Positions 1-8,600 of a stretch of DNA of 64,000 nucleotides are shown in pieces. Both the position numbers and the translations under genes were made by a program. Where the stretch lies: positions 64,001 through 128,000 of the IMG/VR virus record IMGVR_UViG_3300047510_001256; one strand, written 5' to 3'. The notes under the pieces were generated by a model. The model did no database searches. It worked only from the letters and a program-made list of their open reading frames with translations, and was not told the origin of the DNA. Each line of letters starts with the position of its first letter. Position 1 is the stretch's first letter. This stretch comes from a virus.

Positions 1-660
1 ACAGTGTCATGGAATGGAGTATCAAAAACAGTTACTATTTCATCCACAGATACAGATACAAACTCCACATACTCAGCACTTGCTAGTGGTGGTATTGCTC
101 AAACTGGATCGGCATTCTCTCTGAATGGTTCAGGATCTTTTACAACCAACAGAGTTCTGAAATGGAATGGAACATCATTCAGTTTACAGAATAGCAATAT
201 CACAGATACCGGATCACTAATTACTCTGTCTTCAGCAACAGAAATCAGCAGCACACTCAGAACAACTGGAGATGTAACTTTTGGATCTGAAACACCATCT
301 CCTTCTCTTAATCTCAGAGGTGGAGTTCTTACAGTTGGTGGTAACGCAAACATTGTAGTCAGACAGACAACAAATGGTCTGGGTGTGACACTCACAGATA
401 CAAGATTAATTTATGATGCCACCACTGGTGCTAAGGGATGGAAGATTGTAGAGGAAGGTGATGTAGCACAGGCAAGAACAATCTCATCTGTGACTACAAT
501 CATGCCAGCAGCAGCTAACCCACAAAATAGTTCTTTAGCAGCAGCTCCTGCTACAAATGGTGCCATTGGTAGGGCAGGAGAAGTTAGATGGGATACTGGG
601 TTTGTTTATTTTTGTGTAGCAAACAATAACTGGATTCGTGTTGTAAGAAGTGCCTTCTAA
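1..660 (+). CDS. Tail fibre / virion structural protein, C-terminal part (5' end outside window)
   Basis: Ser/Thr/Gly-rich ORF open from the window edge; C-terminal 'GRAGEVRWDTGFVYFCVANNNWIR' is typical of phage fibre termini. Confidence 0.7.
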   Translation, partial: TVSWNGVSKTVTISSTDTDTNSTYSALASGGIAQTGSAFSLNGSGSFTTNRVLKWNGTSFSLQNSNITDTGSLITLSSATEISSTLRTTGDVTFGSETPSPSLNLRGGVLTVGGNANIVVRQTTNGLGVTLTDTRLIYDATTGAKGWKIVEEGDVAQARTISSVTTIMPAAANPQNSSLAAAPATNGAIGRAGEVRWDTGFVYFCVANNNWIRVVRSAF

Positions 661-661
661 T

Positions 662-698
662 AAAAAAGACCTCCCTGTTATTTGGCAGGGAAGTCTTT
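662..698. terminator. Intrinsic terminator between convergent units, possibly bidirectional
   Basis: AAAAAAGAC-CTCCCTG...CAGGGA-AGTCTTT imperfect stem; T6 tail on the minus strand, short T3 tail on the plus strand. Confidence 0.8.
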
Positions 699-721
699 AA
701 GCGGCCGACGATATTCAGTTG

Positions 722-729
722 TATTTATA
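722..729 (-). promoter_or_regulatory. T4-type late promoter TATAAATA
   Basis: Exact gp55 consensus directly after the hli stop, followed only by a short stretch and the terminator. Confidence 0.55.
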
Positions 730-849
730 TCACCAAACGCCAGGGATGATCTGACCAGTGGTGAAGTAAGTGCCGATAGCAATGACAAAACCAAGCATTG
801 CCAGACGAGCATTGAGGATCTCTGCCTCAGGGGTGAATCCGAATTTCAT
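730..849 (-). CDS. hli: High-light-inducible protein (39 aa, not in ORF track)
   Basis: Manual translation MKFGFTPEAEILNARLAMLGFVIAIGTYFTTGQIIPGVW with the ExxNxRxAMxG chlorophyll-binding motif; AGGAG SD upstream. Confidence 0.95.
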   Translation of the reverse strand: MKFGFTPEAEILNARLAMLGFVIAIGTYFTTGQIIPGVW

Positions 850-868
850 AATAGTTCTCCTAAATTAG

Positions 869-1159
869 TTAAAGGTTTTCTTCTTGTTCAGTTAAAATTA
901 CACAATCGCTAACAGGATAAGCAACACAAGTGAGAATGAATCCCTCTTCCATTTGCTCATCATCCAAGAATGATTGCTCGCTATTATCTACAGTTCCACT
1001 GATAAGTTTACCAGCACAGGTAGAGCAAGCGCCAGCACGGCAGGAATAGGGAAGATCAATTCCTGCCTCGTCAGCAGCATCAAGAATGTATTGGTCATCA
1101 GGGCACTCAAAAGATTGTTCAGTGCCGTCAGGTGATTGAAGGGTAATATTAAATGCCAT
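869..1159 (-). CDS. petF: Plant-type [2Fe-2S] ferredoxin
   Basis: [17 protein letters not shown] ... LTC motif. Confidence 0.97.
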   Translation of the reverse strand: MAFNITLQSPDGTEQSFECPDDQYILDAADEAGIDLPYSCRAGACSTCAGKLISGTVDNSEQSFLDDEQMEEGFILTCVAYPVSDCVILTEQEENL

Positions 1160-1245
1160 TAGTATGTTTCAGAAAGTTTTTCTACAGAGTATGCCAGCAA
1201 AACTAAAAAGCTGACACCAGTAATTGTAAACAGGATTTCAGTCAT
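1159..1245 (-). CDS. 28-aa single-TM small protein (not in ORF track)
   Basis: [28 protein letters not shown]; fills the gap between hli and petF, with a TAATG stop/start overlap with petF. Confidence 0.7.
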   Translation of the reverse strand: MTEILFTITGVSFLVLLAYSVEKLSETY

Positions 1246-1258
1246 TGTCAATCAATTG

Positions 1259-1462
1259 TCAGAAGATGCCGAAAAAGAGTTTGCCAGTGCCAATATAAGA
1301 AACGAGCCCAGCAATAATACCGACCATAGCCCAGCGTCCATTATACATCTCCGTAGTTTGCATTGGGGTCATCAGACCTTTGCGATTGTATTCCTGATAG
1401 ACCATCTCAGGTTCTTTGGCGAACATGTTCATTTGTCCATGTTCATTAGTCGTTACAGTCAT
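1259..1462 (-). CDS. hli: High-light-inducible protein (67 aa)
   Basis: MTVTTNEHGQMNMFAKEP N-terminus and EMYNGRWAMVG motif; start reassigned to the ATG at 1462. Confidence 0.93.
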   Translation of the reverse strand: MTVTTNEHGQMNMFAKEPEMVYQEYNRKGLMTPMQTTEMYNGRWAMVGIIAGLVSYIGTGKLFFGIF

Positions 1463-1471
1463 TATCGTTTT

Positions 1472-1527
1472 ATTACGAAGTGTTACAATAGTATATAGGT
1501 GAAGGGGGAGTCTTGTCAACCCCCCCT
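1472..1527 (-). promoter_or_regulatory. Sigma70-type promoter of the hli-petF operon with HLR1-like repeat; -35 lies inside a hairpin
   Basis: TTGACA-18-TATACT; ATTACGAA-GT-GTTACAAT at 1472-1489; GGGGG...CCCCC stem around the -35. Confidence 0.7.
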
Positions 1528-1869
1528 GTCAGGAGATTCTAATTGTTTTCTTTTCCTTACTTGCTTTGCACTCCAAGCAGCGAATGCCATGATAGCAAAG
1601 TAGAATAGGTAGTCATCAATCATAACCAAAAAGAAAATAATAGATCCACCTATCCTCAAATAGTCCGGCATCGGAATCTTAGTAAAGATCCAACGAACCT
1701 GTTTCTCGAAGAGAAAGTATAGTGGTATGAGTGCAGTGACTACAAACTCACTATACGGAACTACGAAATACAGAGAGAGCAATACAAAGATTGGAAAGTA
1801 TTGTCTCTCTGGTATCCTCTTCAAGTATGAAATATATAAATCAATTGATCTCTTGAAGAGTTTTTTCAT
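1516..1869 (-). CDS. Hypothetical membrane protein
   Basis: 117-aa ORF with several hydrophobic segments, directly downstream of the porin gene. Confidence 0.75.
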   Translation of the reverse strand: MKKLFKRSIDLYISYLKRIPERQYFPIFVLLSLYFVVPYSEFVVTALIPLYFLFEKQVRWIFTKIPMPDYLRIGGSIIFFLVMIDDYLFYFAIMAFAAWSAKQVRKRKQLESPDRGG

Positions 1870-1875
1870 GTTCTA

Positions 1876-3351
1876 TCAGAACGTGAACTTGGTCTGGATT
1901 ACACCACCCCACTTGCTGCTGTCCTGGTAACGCTGATTGTTTTCAACGTAGAACAGAGCGGGAGTGATGCTGATGTTGTCGGTAACTTGGAACTTGTAGA
2001 AGAACTCAAGCATCGTAGCATCAGATACACCAACGGTTTCAGCAGAAGGTGCTTGACCGACAGCAATACCAGCGGTATTACCAGCAACAAAAGCATCTGC
2101 CCACTGAAGACCAACGAACCACGAATCGGAATCAGTGGCATCAGTAGCACCAGGAGCACCACTTACGAAATTATATCCGTAACCAGCACTGACAGAAGGA
2201 ACCCAACCAGATTCAGAAGGTTGCCAATAAGCATTAAGAGCAATGGCATTAGACTCCTGACCATCTACCAGGGCACCATTGGCACCTAGTAGACCGTTGT
2301 AGGAGCGAGGACGGGTGCCCTCAGAACCGTAACGATAACCAGCACCAACACCCCAGTTAGATCCTTTGTAACCAACTTGAGCAAGGAAGTTCAGAGCACC
2401 ATCAGAATCAAAGACACCAGTGGAGCTATCATCACCTTCTTGAGCAACATAGTTTAGACCAGCAATGAATCCACCTTTGCCGACATACTGAGCACCAACA
2501 CCAGCACCAGTTGCCTTGTTATAGACACCAGGAGCACCAGCAACTTGGAAGAAGTCAAGGATTTCCGACTTATAAGCAGAAGGAACCCATGCCATCTCAG
2601 TGTTACGGACCTTAGGACCAGCAGTAATAGTCACACTATCACCAACAGGGAACTGATAGTAGAGACGATCAAGAACAACATTGTCTCCAGTCAGAGCAGT
2701 AGTGTTGTCTGCCTTGTCCAGTTTGAACAGGGAAGACGAAGAACCGAAAGGATCACTGCTGAAGTTAGCAGAACGCAGACGAGTGCGAAGGAGATCACGA
2801 CCAGTGAACGAGGTGTCAAAGTTCAGACGGACATCATAATTAAATGCGGTGTTGCCAACGTTTCCACCAGCATTAGTTTCAAGTCCAGGAACTCCACCCA
2901 GAACAAAGGTTGCTTCACCCTTCAGTTTGGTAGTGGTAGAGAATTGAGTTGCCTCAAGTTGACCTACCTTTGCTTCCAAACCATCCACACGACCCTTGAG
3001 AACAATCAGTTCTTGTTCAAATTCAACAAGAAGTTTACGCAGTTCATCGGTAGTTTCGGTTACACGATCCAAGCAAGCATTGAGAAGTGCTGCTGCCTCA
3101 AAACGAGTCATTGCCTTACCACCACCATAGGTGCCGTTAGGATAACCAGCAACGCAACCATAACGGGATACGAGATTGCTGAGTGCCTGATACGCCCAGT
3201 CGGTAGGTTGAACATCAGAGAATTGACTGATGCTTGTGACTTGCTCTGACGAAGCATACTGATTTACATCAGTAAGATTAAGTTCTGCTGCCATAGATGC
3301 GGTAGGAATGACCGAAACCGCACCGGCAACAATCAGAGATTGTAGTTTCAT
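1876..3351 (-). CDS. som: Cyanobacterial Som-type outer-membrane porin (SLH domain + OprB-like barrel)
   Basis: Signal peptide; SLH 'FSDVQPTDWAYQALSNLVSRYGCVAGYPNGTY'; coiled coil; 'QFSTTTKLKGE'; C-terminal 'QTKFTF'. Confidence 0.95.
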   Translation of the reverse strand: MKLQSLIVAGAVSVIPTASMAAELNLTDVNQYASSEQVTSISQFSDVQPTDWAYQALSNLVSRYGCVAGYPNGTYGGGKAMTRFEAAALLNACLDRVTETTDELRKLLVEFEQELIVLKGRVDGLEAKVGQLEATQFSTTTKLKGEATFVLGGVPGLETNAGGNVGNTAFNYDVRLNFDTSFTGRDLLRTRLRSANFSSDPFGSSSSLFKLDKADNTTALTGDNVVLDRLYYQFPVGDSVTITAGPKVRNTEMAWVPSAYKSEILDFFQVAGAPGVYNKATGAGVGAQYVGKGGFIAGLNYVAQEGDDSSTGVFDSDGALNFLAQVGYKGSNWGVGAGYRYGSEGTRPRSYNGLLGANGALVDGQESNAIALNAYWQPSESGWVPSVSAGYGYNFVSGAPGATDATDSDSWFVGLQWADAFVAGNTAGIAVGQAPSAETVGVSDATMLEFFYKFQVTDNISITPALFYVENNQRYQDSSKWGGVIQTKFTF

Positions 3352-3417
3352 ATATGTGTAGTACTAAACAACTATTGGACTCTTGCGAGTAATTGAGGCG
3401 TGAGTCACAACATAGGT

Positions 3418-3476
3418 AATATAGGATAGAAGAGTTGGATTGTAAAGGGGGCTTGTGCCAGTTTGTTTACTGGCAC
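3418..3476 (-). promoter_or_regulatory. Early-type promoter of the porin with upstream palindrome
   Basis: TTTACA-17-TATATT; palindrome GTGCCAGT...ACTGGCAC (3455-3476) 8 nt upstream of the -35. Confidence 0.7.
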
Positions 3477-3518
3477 GACATACCTAAATACTCAATAGGG
3501 TAATAGTAAAAAATACAA

Positions 3519-6500
3519 ATGGCAAAGATCTTTGCGAAATTTGGAGCAGTTAGAGACGAAAATCTCAATGATTTAACATCTGGTGAAGTAGCATTAAACA
3601 TTCTGTTGAACAGAATTAAAGGTGGTGCTGAAAGTTTTACATCAGCAGATTTAGAATTAATCAGAGGTTTGTTTAGCACTAACGTTACCTCAGGAACTCT
3701 TGACTCAGCTGCTGATGCAACTGTAACTGTAACTGGATCAAACGGATTGCAAACTGTCTATGATCCTTTAATTACCCTAGCAAATAGATTCGATAGAGCT
3801 TATTTTACTACATCAGAACCATATTTTCTTGGCGGTGATGGACCAACCGCTAGATATTTCGACAACAATCAAATCATTAGATCTGGTGCTGGAGCGACAA
3901 CAAATTTCTTAGGATTTAATCAGGTTTTCGATACCGAAGATGGTAGAGTAATACCAAATCCAGCTACAGGAATAGAACTAGCATCTGATGTAGATAATTT
4001 TTGGGAAGAAGGAGATTTTTATTATGGAAATAAAATTAGAAATAAACTTCTCAGTGCATACGGTGGTGTAGAATGGACTGGGTATTTTAAACCAACAGTG
4101 ACAGGAAACTGGTCATGGGTTATAAACACTACTGGTTATGTAAAAGTAGAGTTTGATAACAGAGAAGCACCAAGTAAAGGATTTACTTTTAATCCATCGA
4201 CAGGAACATTCAAACTTAATGATACTGACTTCAGAAATCCACAAGGATTGACAACTCTAGTTGACCAAACTAAGTTATCGGATGCTGGTATACCAATATC
4301 TGCTAGTATTTCAGGAAACATAACCAATGCTACAGACAAAGGTGTAAATTATGGAAGATTTGGATCAGGAGGAACTGCTTTTCTGAGTCAAACTACAACT
4401 GGGTCGGGAATTTATTTTAATATTGGTAGAGATATTGCAAATGGAAATCTAGTTATTACATCTACATTTCCCACAACTGGTGGCATTGATGGATATAATG
4501 TTGGAGATACATTTACCATAAGTGGATCATTAGTTGGACAAACTGGCAATGATATAACATTAACACTAACAGATGTTGGTGGATATTATATTTTCAATAG
4601 TGTTACTAATCAACAGTTGGGAACAGCAACAATAGGAACAAATAGAGAATTAACTATTAACTTAGGAGATTTAGTAGCATACGAAGCATATAAATTTAGG
4701 ATATCATTCTTTATCGATGAAGATTCTGTTGATAAAATGAATGAGATTCAGGTCAGTGGTCCAATCATAAAGCAAATTATTTTTGATAGAAGACCTCCGG
4801 ATGTCACTACAACCACATCATCTGCATATGACTTCGACTACAAATATCTTTACGGAGATAGATACTTTGATTTTTATAATATTGGAGACTTCAAAAAATT
4901 TATAGACTCTTCTATCTCTTCAGGGGGAAGCAGAATAGGCAATAAAAGAGCAGTTGGAGATACAACATCGTCAGCAGAAGGTAGTCCTGGTGACAAGTAT
5001 GCAGCACTTCTTAATCTGAATCCAGTAGTTTCATATTACCAAGCACCACTAACAACCTCAGCTGAAGAATTAATTACAATTAGAACTGGAAATGTATCCA
5101 GTTTGACTAGAAATATAGTTCTAGGAAACACCAACCCAACGAATGGGCAACTGCTCCCAAACAAAACTGAAAATATAGAGATAGGAAACTATGTCGTAGG
5201 ACCAGGAATACCAATTGGTAGTAGAGTTGTATCAGTAACAATAAATGATTCCGTACTAATTGATAGAACACCAACATCAACTACGACTTCAGCAACTTTA
5301 AATTTTATTCCACACAAAGGTCTAGTTGGATTTGGTAAAGGAGGATACTATACAGGAAGTGCATCAAATGCAGATGGATTTGCTTTAGGTCAAAGAGCAT
5401 TAAGTTCCCTTTCCATAAAATCTGGTTCAGTAATTAATCTAGCAGAAGCAGGAAGTTCGTATGGAAATTTCTCAAAAGTTATTGGAACTGGATCATTAGG
5501 ATACCAAACAAATTCCAGTGGATCTAATGCTGTAATTAGCGTAGCAAGAAATCAATTTGGTGCATTAACATTTACAATTGTCAATGGAGGAACTGGATAC
5601 AGTAATTATGATTTGATTACCATTGCAGGAAATTATATTGGTCAACCTGGAAATGATTTAACTTTAGAAATTGTCGCATTAAATGATACATTCATTGTAG
5701 GAAGACCTGAATATGTGATCAAACCTGGACAAATATTTAAACACGCAGATCTTCCAGCAAGTTCTAAGATACAATATACTGATAAATTTACAAACCCAAG
5801 TATTAATATCACGAGAACATTTAACGATACTCAAATAATTAAAAGATTATATTCTGCAAGTAATAAAGATACCACATATGCTCTAAGCAATAATACAATA
5901 TTATGGAAAACAAAATTAGTAAACGATTCTGAAATCACAACATTATACAGTGGAGCAAATCCAGGATTAAACAAATATTGGTTCATCTATCAGACATTCG
6001 GATTAAACAACGATGCCCTAGGTGGATATTGCACTGGAGTATTTGATGCAAGAATAGAACAAAAACTGTCAATTATTAATGTAGCAGACGGCAGTGGTAG
6101 TGGTTATGTTAGTAATGTGTTGCCGGTAGGTGCATCACCAACTCCAGCAACAACCACCACATTAAGCGGTTCTGGTTTCGGTATGAAAGTATGGTATAAA
6201 GCTGCTGGAAATATTACTTATGTTTGGATGGCAGAACCAGGACAAAATTATGAAGCCGGAGACAGAATACAAATTAATGGTGGAAATAATAATGCTAGAT
6301 ATACAGTTGGATATCCAAACATCACCAGTAATACAATCACATTTAGAGTAAGCGGTTCAGAAATTGAGTTCAGTAATAATGGATCTGCTGTTAGTGGATA
6401 CTACGCACACTTATTCCCATCGTTAGCATACAATTCACCAACTAATGATGTTAATGATCTAGTAGGTGAAGTAAGAATTTCTAGTGTAGAATACCCAATT

Positions 6501-7013
6501 CTAGGCAGCGAAAATCCTAGTTCTCTTGGAACCTACCTAGACACTGCAGCTTTAGTTACTCTACAACATGAATCTGGTGGTTCAAATGCTGTTCAAAATA
6601 ACGAAATCAGTTATGTTGATAGTGTAGTAACTAGAATTACATTCACACCTCCTGCATCACCAAATCAAAACAAAGAAGTGTGCTTTAGACCAACAGACAC
6701 CTCTCCACCATTTGCAGCAACATCAAGTGGGTTAACTACATCAAATGAAGTTAAGATGGTTCTGTCATTCACTAGTAGTGGTCTTGCGAATGCAGGAACA
6801 TTCAATCCCGGTAGATTAACTTACGACAATATAACTTTAAACACAAACAGATCCTTAAATGAAGTGGCACTAGTAAGTAATCCTCTTCCACAGGATATTA
6901 TATCAGGTTATATTCCGATTACATGCGGCAAAGCTGGTGGAGGAACAGAACAATTTTATCTTCTGCTAGGAAATACTTATAGTTCAGGTGATGGAGCAGT
7001 TGTATCAGGTTAA
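3519..7013 (+). CDS. Large virion structural protein with PA14-like segment
   Basis: 1164 aa, Gly/Thr/Asn-rich; 'VEWTGYFKPTVTGNWSW' resembles PA14; GxGY..GD.ITI repeats; late-promoter-like CTAAATA at 3484-3490. Confidence 0.75.
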   Translation: MAKIFAKFGAVRDENLNDLTSGEVALNILLNRIKGGAESFTSADLELIRGLFSTNVTSGTLDSAADATVTVTGSNGLQTVYDPLITLANRFDRAYFTTSEPYFLGGDGPTARYFDNNQIIRSGAGATTNFLGFNQVFDTEDGRVIPNPATGIELASDVDNFWEEGDFYYGNKIRNKLLSAYGGVEWTGYFKPTVTGNWSWVINTTGYVKVEFDNREAPSKGFTFNPSTGTFKLNDTDFRNPQGLTTLVDQTKLSDAGIPISASISGNITNATDKGVNYGRFGSGGTAFLSQTTTGSGIYFNIGRDIANGNLVITSTFPTTGGIDGYNVGDTFTISGSLVGQTGNDITLTLTDVGGYYIFNSVTNQQLGTATIGTNRELTINLGDLVAYEAYKFRISFFIDEDSVDKMNEIQVSGPIIKQIIFDRRPPDVTTTTSSAYDFDYKYLYGDRYFDFYNIGDFKKFIDSSISSGGSRIGNKRAVGDTTSSAEGSPGDKYAALLNLNPVVSYYQAPLTTSAEELITIRTGNVSSLTRNIVLGNTNPTNGQLLPNKTENIEIGNYVVGPGIPIGSRVVSVTINDSVLIDRTPTSTTTSATLNFIPHKGLVGFGKGGYYTGSASNADGFALGQRALSSLSIKSGSVINLAEAGSSYGNFSKVIGTGSLGYQTNSSGSNAVISVARNQFGALTFTIVNGGTGYSNYDLITIAGNYIGQPGNDLTLEIVALNDTFIVGRPEYVIKPGQIFKHADLPASSKIQYTDKFTNPSINITRTFNDTQIIKRLYSASNKDTTYALSNNTILWKTKLVNDSEITTLYSGANPGLNKYWFIYQTFGLNNDALGGYCTGVFDARIEQKLSIINVADGSGSGYVSNVLPVGASPTPATTTTLSGSGFGMKVWYKAAGNITYVWMAEPGQNYEAGDRIQINGGNNNARYTVGYPNITSNTITFRVSGSEIEFSNNGSAVSGYYAHLFPSLAYNSPTNDVNDLVGEVRISSVEYPILGSENPSSLGTYLDTAALVTLQHESGGSNAVQNNEISYVDSVVTRITFTPPASPNQNKEVCFRPTDTSPPFAATSSGLTTSNEVKMVLSFTSSGLANAGTFNPGRLTYDNITLNTNRSLNEVALVSNPLPQDIISGYIPITCGKAGGGTEQFYLLLGNTYSSGDGAVVSG

Positions 7014-8600
7014 TGGATCAGATCCTGCTCCAGTTCCATTATCATTACCAATATCTTTAGTGAGACAAAGACTGTAAAACTCTCCATCAATTATACAATC
7101 AATTTTGTGTGTAAATCTATACTTCTGTGTATCTATTGCATAAACTTGTGCATTTGATATACCATAATCAGATAGATCTAAACGTCTTTGAGTTCCTGAA
7201 AGAATTTGAACTCCAGAAAAATACTCACCTGGAGTTCTAGTATTTCCACTAGCAATTTCTATGTATCCATTGGATGTATCTCCAATACTTAGATTTCCAA
7301 TTTGCATTTCTTGAGCACTGGCAGATCTAGGAAGATTTGTAATGGGATTCCGCAAAACTTGATACTCCAAGATATCAGGTGGTCCCGCAAGTAATGACCA
7401 TGGCTGTGTATTATCAGAATATGCCCTGAGTTTTGTAATTACAGGTGGATCAACAATAATACTAGAAGCATCTTTATTTAAAATATATACACCGGGACTA
7501 GTATCCTGAAATAAATCGGATACTTCCGAATTAAATATATCAGTATCTGTAGTTGTTATTACACCCTCACTTCCAATTTCAGTTACATCAAATAAATTAT
7601 CTTCGCTAGTCAAGAATTTCTTTTGTCTAAAGAAATTAGCATTATCAAGATATGATTCTAAGTCATCAAAATTATCACCAAATGTTCTATTTAATGCTCC
7701 ACTAGTGAATGTAAAAAACTCGTCTTCAAATACAGGTCTCGCAAGATTCTCTAAATTTTTCTTATTTGTTGCATTTGATCTCTCAAATATAATATTTTTT
7801 GTTGCTAATTCTGAGGTATTAAATCTAAGTTGTTGAATTAATTGAGTTCTACTATAATTTCTACCTACTCTAAATGTAGTTACGGCATCAGAGAATACAA
7901 TATAGTATGTCTGGTCGAAAGATACTTGATCCCCAGTCAATACTGTGGGGAATGGAAAAAATTGACTGGTGCTGTATGGAAAGTAGTCGGTTGGAGCACC
8001 AATATCTCCAACCTGAACAAATTCACCTGGATCATTGACATCCTCAAATCCCAGACTTGGATTATTAGGATCTATAAGTTCAAGTTTTTGTTTATATCCA
8101 ACATCAAATATTCTAAGTTGAGTTGTGCTAGAATATTGAGCACGATAAAATTTTTGATTAAGTGCTGTAGCTACATTAGCAAATAAAGTTCCTTCTAAAG
8201 AAACATAAACTTCTGTTTGAGTAAAAGTTACCTGAGGAATTCCATGAGCACCGCTATAAGTTATAACAAGGGCATCTTGTTGTGCATCTAATAAGTTTCT
8301 AGTAATATTAAATATCGATTGAGCAACTCTAAGTTTTACTGGATCTCCATTGCCAAATGTTGCTAGTTTATCTCTTTGTTCAAATACAGTTCCAGCATCA
8401 GGATCTGATGGGTTAGTAGCGGTAGAGAATACATCCCCAGGTTTAAATATTAATCTTGTTATGTTTGTAGTATTTCCAGCAAACACTTGTAAGTCAGCTG
8501 GAATAGTAACACCATCAGCAAGATTTTCAAATATTTTATTAGCATCTTCTGCTTCAAATAAGTTTAAAGTTCTTACAAACCCTTGATTAAGTAATGCCAT
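7005..8600 (-). CDS. Virion structural protein
   Basis: 531 aa, last gene of the minus-strand structural operon. Confidence 0.7.
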   Translation of the reverse strand: MALLNQGFVRTLNLFEAEDANKIFENLADGVTIPADLQVFAGNTTNITRLIFKPGDVFSTATNPSDPDAGTVFEQRDKLATFGNGDPVKLRVAQSIFNITRNLLDAQQDALVITYSGAHGIPQVTFTQTEVYVSLEGTLFANVATALNQKFYRAQYSSTTQLRIFDVGYKQKLELIDPNNPSLGFEDVNDPGEFVQVGDIGAPTDYFPYSTSQFFPFPTVLTGDQVSFDQTYYIVFSDAVTTFRVGRNYSRTQLIQQLRFNTSELATKNIIFERSNATNKKNLENLARPVFEDEFFTFTSGALNRTFGDNFDDLESYLDNANFFRQKKFLTSEDNLFDVTEIGSEGVITTTDTDIFNSEVSDLFQDTSPGVYILNKDASSIIVDPPVITKLRAYSDNTQPWSLLAGPPDILEYQVLRNPITNLPRSASAQEMQIGNLSIGDTSNGYIEIASGNTRTPGEYFSGVQILSGTQRRLDLSDYGISNAQVYAIDTQKYRFTHKIDCIIDGEFYSLCLTKDIGNDNGTGAGSDPLT

